A stretch of 64,000 nucleotides of DNA from an uncultured virus (IMG/VR IMGVR_UViG_2061766007_000920). Lineage: Duplodnaviria > Heunggongvirae > Uroviricota > Caudoviricetes. The DNA is taken from the IMG/VR virus record IMGVR_UViG_2061766007_000920; one strand, written 5' to 3'. Below are positions 48,798 to 57,179 of the stretch, one piece after another. A program made the position numbers and the translations under genes. The notes under the pieces are model-generated. The model was not told the origin of the DNA and made no database searches. It was given only the letters and a program-made list of their open reading frames with translations. The first letter of the stretch is position 1; every line of letters starts with the position of its first letter.

Positions 48798-50483
48798 TCA
48801 CACTGCTTCACGACTTCTATACAGCACATCGAGTGTATATGCTAAAAAGGTGATTTCATTAGTTACTCCATCTATTTCTACATTAGAGTTTCCTCCAACC
48901 AAATAAATCCTTGATTTATTAAATATCCCACTGGGAGCTTCACCTTCAACATGCGTTATAGCAATTCGCCCTCCGTAAAAATCTCTAGGCAATTTGCCGC
49001 CAGTAATCCAAGCATCTGTTCTTATATTATAAATATACCAGTTATCTCCCTTTTTTCCGTATGCAACAATAAAATATAAATCCGCTTCTGATTCCCCAAA
49101 AACTCTGGAATAATAGCAACATCCACCTTCTATACCTATCGGTAAATCTCTTTTCTTTTCAAAGGTTTTTGTGTCTTCATCAAATCTATAAAGAGCTTTT
49201 GACAAAACACCATCACTATTACCACCCATTATATAGCACAAAGCTCTTGACGGCCAATAACTATTTCTTATCATAGCACTTGTGCAACAAATATTTTTTT
49301 TACCAATGTCATTGGGGAGATTAATAACTTCACCAAACTCGCTCCATCCTTCAATAACATCAGTAAAAATCATCCTTCTGCCGATAGACTCTCCGCTTGT
49401 ACTTACCTGCCCGCCCACGTAGCAATCAGAGATTTGTATCGTAGGTAGACATTCAACGCCTATATTATTCGCAAATTTTATATTTTTATCAGAATCACTT
49501 CGATGCTTCACTTCCCAAGCGTTATCCCAGTATGCATCAACCAAATAATCCTTACCGTTCTCACCAAATTCCAAAACGTCCCTTTTTCCTGCAACGCGAT
49601 TTTTCAGCGACGCAGGAGCAGGTGTTTTCATTTTAAACATAGGCGCATTTTTTGCATCATTACTAGTATTCAACTCTAATGAATCATTAGTAAAATCCCC
49701 ACCATAAATAGTATTGCTTGTAGACATACCACCGCTCCCCCAATATGCACTATGACTAAAATGACGAGGCATCTTAAAATTATTAATTCTAATAACCCTA
49801 CCAAACAAACTATACTTTTGGTACACTATTCTTCTTTCGGGGTTATAAATTACGATATTATGATTAATAACATAACCGTCTACTAAACTTTGTCGGTTTT
49901 TAAATTTAATAACAATTTTACCTCCACCCTGAGTATATTGTTCTTCCAATAAATCAACTTCATCGGGGTCTATAGTGGGATTTGTATTAATACGCACTTG
50001 ATACCCACTTGGAAGAGTTGGATTAATAGTATAAAGGAGCGTAATTTCCTTATCTGGGAAATACCCATTAGCGATATGTCCAGTATAGTCGGGAGCGGGA
50101 ATCATTCTTGTCTCAACAGTAAACTTTATATTTATGTTCGGCTTCCAATTTAAACAGTTTTTTTCTATTCTATTTAGTGAAGCAAAATCAATAAATGAGC
50201 TGTTCCCTTTGTAATTAATCCTCTCTCCTATATTAACATTTATTCCTATTCTCTTAAATGATTCCAAAGCATCTTCAAAAGCCTCGAATTCAGAAGGGTA
50301 ATAATCGTTAGCATACCCTGTCTTTTCCTCACCTAAGTCAAGTTCTTTTGAAAGATTCGGATAATTTACATTAATCTGTTCGTTTAAATATAACAGATTA
50401 TTTCTTATTCTATTATAGTCTTGATATGTAAACTGGTCGGTCTTAACCCAGTCTGTTTTAGGAGTTATCCATTCGTAGCTCAC
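48798..50483 (-). CDS. Tail/baseplate protein with C-terminal Kelch-like repeats
   Basis: WITPKTDW...DYNRIRNNL N-terminus typical of tail proteins; YIMGG, YLVGG repeats. Confidence 0.68.
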   Translation of the reverse strand: MSYEWITPKTDWVKTDQFTYQDYNRIRNNLLYLNEQINVNYPNLSKELDLGEEKTGYANDYYPSEFEAFEDALESFKRIGINVNIGERINYKGNSSFIDFASLNRIEKNCLNWKPNINIKFTVETRMIPAPDYTGHIANGYFPDKEITLLYTINPTLPSGYQVRINTNPTIDPDEVDLLEEQYTQGGGKIVIKFKNRQSLVDGYVINHNIVIYNPERRIVYQKYSLFGRVIRINNFKMPRHFSHSAYWGSGGMSTSNTIYGGDFTNDSLELNTSNDAKNAPMFKMKTPAPASLKNRVAGKRDVLEFGENGKDYLVDAYWDNAWEVKHRSDSDKNIKFANNIGVECLPTIQISDCYVGGQVSTSGESIGRRMIFTDVIEGWSEFGEVINLPNDIGKKNICCTSAMIRNSYWPSRALCYIMGGNSDGVLSKALYRFDEDTKTFEKKRDLPIGIEGGCCYYSRVFGESEADLYFIVAYGKKGDNWYIYNIRTDAWITGGKLPRDFYGGRIAITHVEGEAPSGIFNKSRIYLVGGNSNVEIDGVTNEITFLAYTLDVLYRSREAV

Positions 50484-50641
50484 TCTTCATCCTCCAAAAA
50501 ATCAACAAACAATTCGTCACAATCCGTAGAACTAGCCTCTTCTTGCGCTTGACTAATTTCCTCTATGCCTTCTTCCATTCTGTTTAGAAGAACCGCAGTT
50601 ACAATTTCGCCAGTTACCCATACGTGTTTATTATAACTCAT
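50480..50641 (-). CDS. Small tail-associated protein (53 aa, absent from track)
   Basis: MSYNKHVWVTGEIVTAVLLNRMEEGI; overlaps both neighbours. Confidence 0.6.
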   Translation of the reverse strand: MSYNKHVWVTGEIVTAVLLNRMEEGIEEISQAQEEASSTDCDELFVDFLEDEE

Positions 50642-52848
50642 AAATTCTCTCCTATCTTAAATCTGCCTACAATAGCTCTCTCTAAGTTTGCGTCCGTTCT
50701 GTAAGACACTCTTCTTGCTACAAGTTTACATGAAAAATCCATTCCCATGCTTGTATTAATGGTTTCTTCTTCGATTCTCACTTCATTATCAGCAACATAA
50801 TTATTCTCAAGATAAATCAAATCATCAGCGTCAATTGAAGTGTCTCCTCTATAAGTTAAAGAATATTCTACATCATTATCATAATATTCCCTAAGCCACT
50901 CTGCTTGCTGATTTGCCATTATAGACGAACCTATCAATGGGTTTGTTGATTTCTTTTCAACTCCCGTTTCGTGAATATCAAGAGTATATATATTGTCGGT
51001 GACAGTAAAGGGATGCGCATAAACTTCTATATCCTGCTCCTTATTAGAGCTTACGACAATATAATACGCTCCGCTTTCTTTTATAGTACCATTGGAAACC
51101 TTGTAGTCGTAGTATGGCTGTGAGAAAGTCATTGTATTGTCTCCGACTACAGCACTAATTGAACCAATAGCCGAACCGTAAGCACCCTCTATGGTTGTAA
51201 TATCTACGGTTTCCCCGCCTTCTTCATTCGGCGTGGTAACAATATTGACTCGTGAGTTTCCGCTTTCCGAATCCGTTTTCTCTAAATCGTAAACATAGCT
51301 GTGAACATTTATCCTAGATACTCGCTCTAAATCATTCACCATAGGAACATTCTTTAATTCATGGTAAGTCAGATTGTATCTAACACCACCATCAAGCTCG
51401 ATGCTGTTTAAATGAATCCTCTGATTTGGCGATGCTCCATTAAACGTTATTTCTATTTCATCTACAATACCGTCATAAGAGTAAACAGTTGTAATACTAA
51501 GATTTGTTAAAGACTGAGTATCTACCACACTTCCAGACCTCTTTGAAACAACTGTTACAGAAGTAGGAATAACTACCGCAAACTTTAAGAAAACTCTCTT
51601 AAGGTCAAATTCCGTTTTAAACGTCATAATTATCTTATGGCTATGCGTAAATGCTCCGTTTAAATCAGCTATCTCGTCAGAAACATAACCTACTTGTCGA
51701 TACGTTTCATTCTCTGGTAAAAACAAGAGTGAGCCATCTGCGTATACATATTCATGTTCTGCGTCAGCATAATTGTACAAAGAATTATCATTAAAAATAG
51801 CTGACGGAATAGAATATGAAGTAGCACCTTCAAAGAATATATCCTTTATATACTCTGCTCTCGTACCGCTAACAACACAAATATTCCCATCCCTATCCTC
51901 ATATAATACACTTCTTGAGGCGTTCGCTATCATCTGCAACGCTTCATTATGAGGACAAATAGGCAACGGATTAGAGAACACTGTTTTTCTTAAAGAAGAA
52001 TCAATAATGTAATCCTCTACTCCTGCATCAATTAAAACATTCTCAGCCAAATCATATGCTGAAATACCGTCTTTATAATATTGCCCCTTATAGTAATCTC
52101 CCACTAAGAAATTCAGCTTCCCCGTGCAATTAAATGTTGCTTGGTAATCATCGCTATTCCATGATTTAACAAATACCTTGCCGCCCTTAATCGTATAAAC
52201 AGAACCGTCAGACATTTCATAACCATAATTATATTCAATCATTTGTTGCTCTTGAATATACTCTGCATAACCATAAGGGTTATCCTTATTAAACAAATGA
52301 TTTCTATTATCTACGACAAGAGTAAACGTCTTTACTGGCAAACTATTAGATATATGACTTACGGCATTATCTCTTACTGTTGAAATGATTTGCTTGTCAG
52401 TAAACTCAAGTTCGATTCCGAAGTAAACAGTTTTTAATGCAAGTTTACCGCTATTAGGGGTTATTTTAATATATGGAGACGACATAAACCCTTCATCATA
52501 TATTAACGGATTTTCAGTAACAGCTACCGTATCGCTTTTTGTTCCGTTAGTAACAGTTATAGTCGAAGGCAATGTTCCAGAAAAAACAAGAGTCAATCCC
52601 GCAATGTTAAGTTCGTGATATTGCCCAAACGTAAATGTAATACTTCCGTCATCTTCCGTGCTTACAACGCCTTGATAAGAAGAAGGACTATCCTTATACA
52701 ATAATTCTTCGCTTCCCGTAAAAGAAGATGAAATCGAAGCATTCTTTTGAGCGTAGGGATTATACAGCTTTAGCTTTGCAGTAACAGATGTATGTCCTCG
52801 CCATCTTTCTTTCATTTCTTCCTTATATTCATCAGATACATACTGCAT
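50638..52848 (-). CDS. Tail protein (hub/Tal-like)
   Basis: 736 aa; EALQMIANA...YEDRDGNI; YRGDTSIDADDLI. Confidence 0.7.
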   Translation of the reverse strand: MQYVSDEYKEEMKERWRGHTSVTAKLKLYNPYAQKNASISSSFTGSEELLYKDSPSSYQGVVSTEDDGSITFTFGQYHELNIAGLTLVFSGTLPSTITVTNGTKSDTVAVTENPLIYDEGFMSSPYIKITPNSGKLALKTVYFGIELEFTDKQIISTVRDNAVSHISNSLPVKTFTLVVDNRNHLFNKDNPYGYAEYIQEQQMIEYNYGYEMSDGSVYTIKGGKVFVKSWNSDDYQATFNCTGKLNFLVGDYYKGQYYKDGISAYDLAENVLIDAGVEDYIIDSSLRKTVFSNPLPICPHNEALQMIANASRSVLYEDRDGNICVVSGTRAEYIKDIFFEGATSYSIPSAIFNDNSLYNYADAEHEYVYADGSLLFLPENETYRQVGYVSDEIADLNGAFTHSHKIIMTFKTEFDLKRVFLKFAVVIPTSVTVVSKRSGSVVDTQSLTNLSITTVYSYDGIVDEIEITFNGASPNQRIHLNSIELDGGVRYNLTYHELKNVPMVNDLERVSRINVHSYVYDLEKTDSESGNSRVNIVTTPNEEGGETVDITTIEGAYGSAIGSISAVVGDNTMTFSQPYYDYKVSNGTIKESGAYYIVVSSNKEQDIEVYAHPFTVTDNIYTLDIHETGVEKKSTNPLIGSSIMANQQAEWLREYYDNDVEYSLTYRGDTSIDADDLIYLENNYVADNEVRIEEETINTSMGMDFSCKLVARRVSYRTDANLERAIVGRFKIGENL

Positions 52849-52870
52849 TTCAAAGTCTCCTTATACAGCA

Positions 52871-53356
52871 TCACTCGCTAGTTTTCGCTTCCCATGAATA
52901 CACAGGAGTTCCGTTACTAATAGTAGCTGTTAATACATATTCGCCATCTGCACCTTCCGCAAGGGGTAGTAACTTGTCAGAAGAAGCATATCCTACCCAT
53001 GTATTCCAATCAGATGAATAATTTCTCATGTACAAAGAAGAGTCTTCATTGATTATAAATATCTGTACAACGCCGCTTCCTGTTTCAGCTACAATAAACT
53101 TTCCACTTTTCTCAACAGGCAAATGAGCGATTTCAGAGGCATCTGAATCACTCGCTATATAGAACACTCCTTTTACAGTCATATCATTTACATCAGCGCC
53201 CGTCTCGATGCTTTCTCCCGCTCTTATCATCAAATCGGAAGTTGCATCTCCCATAGTCTCTGTTATAGGCGTTAGCTTTTCTTCAACAAAAGTCTTTATC
53301 GCAGTATCTAGTTTTCCCATAAATCTCTGCATAAAAGAAAGTGTTATTACCGACAT
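52871..53356 (-). CDS. Pyocin-knob-like tail-associated protein
   Basis: ADVNDMTVKGVFY...P...SG...QIF...YMR...WNTW, paralogous to knob modules of 39595-42708. Confidence 0.65.
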   Translation of the reverse strand: MSVITLSFMQRFMGKLDTAIKTFVEEKLTPITETMGDATSDLMIRAGESIETGADVNDMTVKGVFYIASDSDASEIAHLPVEKSGKFIVAETGSGVVQIFIINEDSSLYMRNYSSDWNTWVGYASSDKLLPLAEGADGEYVLTATISNGTPVYSWEAKTSE

Positions 53357-53396
53357 AGTTACCTCTTTTCTTCAATCTAACATTTGCTCTCTCAAT

Positions 53397-53425
53397 ATTA
53401 TATTACAGTTTACCTTTATTGTGAA
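53397..53425 (-). promoter_or_regulatory. Hybrid sigmaA promoter TTCACA-N17-TATAAT for the tail operon
   Basis: -35 formed by the IS right end TTCAC plus flanking A; perfect -10. Confidence 0.65.
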
Positions 53426-53804
53426 GCCTCACACGACTAAAGACGCGTGCTTCCTAAAGGTGTCTTGCGACACCTGCTCGCTTTAGGCGAGCGGACTACG
53501 TTTCTACCATACGGCTAACACTCAGTATTTTATATCTATGCAGATATAAGTACCGCATTTAAGCTAACTAAAGTAAAGAACGTGCAGGTGCTTCTCTTAC
53601 TGCATTGAGGAACTTTAGCCTCAATAAGCAACCTTGGACTCTCATTCAAGGATTTTAAGATTTCACGTATGAAATATCTTGCACCTATGTTATAGGATGC
53701 CGATAAATCACAGTTATAGGTTTTTCCGTTTTGGAATTTACAAAGCTCGTAGGTATCGAAACCACCATCTTTACCACGAAGAACCGTACCACTACCGTCA
53801 TAGT
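53421..53804 (-). mobile_element. Truncated IS200/IS605-family element: tnpB 3' fragment, omegaRNA region and right end
   Basis: Preceded by TTGAT (53805-53809); multiple hairpins after the stop; subterminal hairpin CACGCGTC-TTTAG-TCGTGTG and terminal TTCAC. Confidence 0.75.
53536..53802 (-). pseudogene. tnpB: C-terminal 88 codons of a TnpB-like nuclease
   Basis: YDGSGTVLRG...NGKTYNCDLSASYNIGARYFIRE (RuvC-III-like motif); no start. Confidence 0.72.
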
Positions 53805-53809
53805 ATCAA

Positions 53810-53836
53810 AGAAAAAGAGTAGCTTTCGCTACTCTA
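53810..53836 (-). terminator. Rho-independent terminator
   Basis: AGAGTAGC-GAAA-GCTACTCT then TTTTCTTT on minus strand. Confidence 0.75.
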
Positions 53837-53840
53837 ACCC

Positions 53841-53966
53841 TTACTTCTTTTTCGGAACTTTCTGTTCACCAGTTACCTTATTGACTCTTACTGTCTGCCC
53901 TTTGTTAGAGTCGCTTTTCTTCTCTCTACTTGTTGTTGTTTGAGTAATCTTCGCTTTCTGCCCCAT
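53841..53966 (-). CDS. Small basic protein (41 aa, absent from track)
   Basis: MGQKAKITQTTT...KVPKKK with GGAG RBS. Confidence 0.5.
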   Translation of the reverse strand: MGQKAKITQTTTSREKKSDSNKGQTVRVNKVTGEQKVPKKK

Positions 53967-54219
53967 ACATCACATCTCCATTTCCGATTATGTTTACACC
54001 ACTTCCGTCTTGCTGAGCTTCAATAGTTGTAGTTGTTTGAACGCATTGCCACTGACACTCATACCATATCCACCCTATGTTTGTTGCTATAAGGCATAGT
54101 ATTAACGCCAATATCACAATCCATAATTTCATTACAAATCGTTCCATTCTAGCTTGTGAGCTTTCAAAAGCTAAATAAGATACGTTTAAAGACTCAGCTT
54201 TTTCTTTTTCATTGCTCAT
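53926..54219 (-). CDS. Single-TM membrane protein
   Basis: KLWIVILALILCLIATNIGWIWYE; GGAGG RBS. Confidence 0.65.
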   Translation of the reverse strand: MSNEKEKAESLNVSYLAFESSQARMERFVMKLWIVILALILCLIATNIGWIWYECQWQCVQTTTTIEAQQDGSGVNIIGNGDVMYGAESEDYSNNNK

Positions 54220-54854
54220 ATTAACACAGTACCTCCAATTTATCAATCTTTTTAGTGCGCATCTGGTATTAATTTTATTCCCGTAACCTCTTCAAGACGG
54301 TCAACAATGTCTTCTGTATTATACCCCATATTGGAATATTTTACGATTTTTTTATTTACTCTTTCAAATAAAGACATTACCTGTCCATGCTCATTATCTT
54401 CCGACTCTTTCCAATTATAATCTTCTATCATCGTCATGCCAAGACACGCAAAGAAATGTATGTAATTAGAATCTACTGCTTTCTGATACTCTTCATACGC
54501 CTTATAATCAAGATGTTTTTGTGCATGAGCCATTATTGTCTCAACCTTGCCAAGTGACTTTTCTAACCTTCGTCTCTGACTGCGATTTCCACCCTTCGCA
54601 TTTATTATATTGGCAACATCGCCTATCACATCATCCGTCATGTAATTCTTTCTATTAAGAACATTTAAACTGCTATACTTATTCATGTCTGCACCTCTTC
54701 TTGATAATATATCAACTCCACAATTTCCATAGGCGATACCCACGTTCCGTCCTTCACAACATCCAATTTTATGATATCTGCTTTAGGGATTCTAGCTTTA
54801 TTCATATAGTCGATAGCTTCATCCATTCCTTGAAAGACAACTCTCTTGTACAAT

Positions 54855-55169
54855 TTACTCTCCTTCCAAGCGTTCTTTTATATAAACATACGCTTTTCTT
54901 AATGCCAACCAGTTATTAGTTTCCGTTTTCGAGAACAAACTAGGAACATCACTATACTTTTTCTTAACCCATTCATAATACCATTTTGCTTTGGCTACAT
55001 CTTGTTCTTTAGGGTTATCCTGTTTTTCTCCTGCTCTGTATAAATACTTATAAGCATTTGTCAAACAGAATGAGATTGCCATTTCTAAACCAAAATCATC
55101 AACCATTTCATCAATACATTCTTTCTTTCCTTTTACATTATAATGCGCAGGATGGTCTACGTTGTTCAT
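54855..55169 (-). CDS. DUF3310 family protein
   Basis: NVDHPAHY...ECID...NAYKYLYRA...DVAKAKWY. Confidence 0.85.
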   Translation of the reverse strand: MNNVDHPAHYNVKGKKECIDEMVDDFGLEMAISFCLTNAYKYLYRAGEKQDNPKEQDVAKAKWYYEWVKKKYSDVPSLFSKTETNNWLALRKAYVYIKERLEGE

Positions 55170-55588
55170 CTTTTCCTCCTATGTATCTTGCTCTACAAGC
55201 TCTCCTTGAATGCATCTTTTTCTTAGTATATATATCCGAATACTTTCTAAAATAACCTTCTATATTATACAAGAAAACTAAGTCTTTACCGCATTTCTCA
55301 TCATGTTTCAACATTGATATTAAATCCTTGATGGGAATTGCCCTATCTATAATATTGTTCTCGTCTACCACATAATCATCATCCATGCTTCTATTCCCCT
55401 TTAACTAAAATAATAACCCTTTTCCTTTATTTCTTCCCACTCTTTTGCGATAAATAATTCATCAATCATGCTTCTTTTTTCACCGCATCTAATAATTGCA
55501 GTAACACGATAAAATTCAGCGCCCTTCTTACCATTACCCATAATTTTTTCTTCGCTTATAATCTTATCCACATAATATTTTAATATAC

Positions 55589-55753
55589 TCATTTATTTCC
55601 CCTACCATCTTCCGAAAGCCATACGGATTTCATTATAGATAGTGCATCTTCCATAGCCTTTTTATACTGCGGATTATCTGAATTATAGACAGCCAATGAA
55701 ACTTTAGACATAGCATCTAATGCTTTATTCTGAAATTCCAAACTTGCTACATT
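55589..55753 (-). pseudogene. 3' part of a small gene interrupted by the tnpB element (5' part MKKII at 57051-57065)
   Basis: Removing 55754-57050 gives in-frame MKKIINVASLEFQNK...GRGNK behind a GAGGTG RBS. Confidence 0.6.
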
Positions 55754-55900
55754 TTGACACTCCCCATGCCTAAAGGCAGGAGATTCTTGCTTCATCCACT
55801 ACTGCGCTGACCTAAAAGGTTCAACGTCTTACATTGTGTCCACAAGCATAAATTCCCGTATGCCCTACGGTATTTGTCACTATCTTAGGCTAGTGACAGC
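55754..55900 (-). ncRNA. Predicted TnpB omegaRNA (reRNA) scaffold
   Basis: Region between tnpB 3' end and right end; boundaries approximate. Confidence 0.6.
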
Positions 55901-56976
55901 CCTTTGTTTAAAATGTTAATCGCCGCATTGTAGTCACGGTCATGCTTTGTATGGCAGAATGGACATTCCCATTCTCTTACAGACAGATTTCTCACAATCG
56001 GATTAGCTTGACCGCAATTATTACAGGTTTGACTACTCGGATAGAATGTGGGTACTCTTATTATCGTGTTGCCATACCACGTAGCCTTGTAGCCTAGCAT
56101 TGTGAAAAACTTGCTCCATGAAACACTTGATATTGCTTTCGCTAATCTATGATTGCGTATCATTCCCTTGATGTTTAAATCCTCTATGCAGATTGTTTGG
56201 TTTTCACGCACTAGCCTAGTGGATTCTTTCTGTAGAAAGTCATTACGCTGATTAGTTATCTTTTCATGGACTCTTGCAACCCTTATCCTTTGTCTATTCC
56301 TGTTCTTTGAGCCTTTCTGTTTTCTTGAAAGTTTGCGCTGTTCACGGTTTAATTTCTTTTCAGACTTTTCAAGATACTTAGGGTTATCAACCTTATTACC
56401 ATTACTATCCGTATAAAACTCTTTAAGTCCTACGTCTATGCCAATTTTCTTCCCGTTGTTCTGCTTAAGTTCGGGTTCAAAATCTACATTTAGCACTGCA
56501 AAGTATTTACCCGTAGGTGTTTTCTTGATGGTTACGTTATTGATACGCCCTACTTCCATTGATTGTTTTACTTTTACATATCCCAATTTTGGAAGTTTAA
56601 GATAATTGCTAACAATACGGATATTATTGCCATGATTCAAGGTTCTATATGATTGATGATTATTATGCTTACTCTTAAACTGTGGAAACTTCGCTCTCTT
56701 CTTAAAGAAATTCTGATAGGCTCTATCTAAATCTCTTAGTGATTGTTGGAGCGCAATAGAATCAACATCCTTTAGAAAAGCAAAATCATCAGACCTTTTT
56801 AACTTTGTGAGCATAGCAGATGTTTGGGTATAGTTAGCTTTATCTCCGTTCTTATAGGCTTTATCTCGCATATCTAAGCCTTTGTTGTAGATTAGTCGGC
56901 AACAACCTAATGTCTGCAATATTAAGTTTTCCTGTTCTTTATTAGGATATATTCTAAATTTAACGCCCTTTTTCAT
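55885..56976 (-). CDS. tnpB: RNA-guided endonuclease TnpB
   Basis: KFRIYPNKEQ HTH, IGIDVG, ICIEDL, SSQTCNNCG...CPFC, HDRDYNAAINIL. Confidence 0.95.
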   Translation of the reverse strand: MKKGVKFRIYPNKEQENLILQTLGCCRLIYNKGLDMRDKAYKNGDKANYTQTSAMLTKLKRSDDFAFLKDVDSIALQQSLRDLDRAYQNFFKKRAKFPQFKSKHNNHQSYRTLNHGNNIRIVSNYLKLPKLGYVKVKQSMEVGRINNVTIKKTPTGKYFAVLNVDFEPELKQNNGKKIGIDVGLKEFYTDSNGNKVDNPKYLEKSEKKLNREQRKLSRKQKGSKNRNRQRIRVARVHEKITNQRNDFLQKESTRLVRENQTICIEDLNIKGMIRNHRLAKAISSVSWSKFFTMLGYKATWYGNTIIRVPTFYPSSQTCNNCGQANPIVRNLSVREWECPFCHTKHDRDYNAAINILNKGLSLA

Positions 56977-57179
56977 CGACTAATCCTTTACATATTAGCT
57001 TTTATCACTTATATCCCCATAGCTAAAACTAGGGGCTTTACGCTCAGTTTAATAATTTTTTTCATGCTATCACCTCTTATTCATATCATCATCAATCCAT
57101 TTTGTTATAGCTATCGCCATTATTAAAATTCCAATGCTTATAATTATTCTTATCACTTAAACCCCTTTATTATACTTAG

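Larger units (their letters stand above)
55754..57050 (-). mobile_element. IS200/IS605-family tnpB-only (IS1341-type) element
   Basis: Left end AAAG+CCCCTAG...CTATGGGG hairpin; right end GAAT+CTCCTGCC...GGCATGGGGAG hairpin ending TCAA; no tnpA. Confidence 0.88.

Noticed and set aside
55754..57050. IStron (group I intron-IS hybrid)
   Set aside because: Only ~75 bp between left end and tnpB start; no room for an intron core
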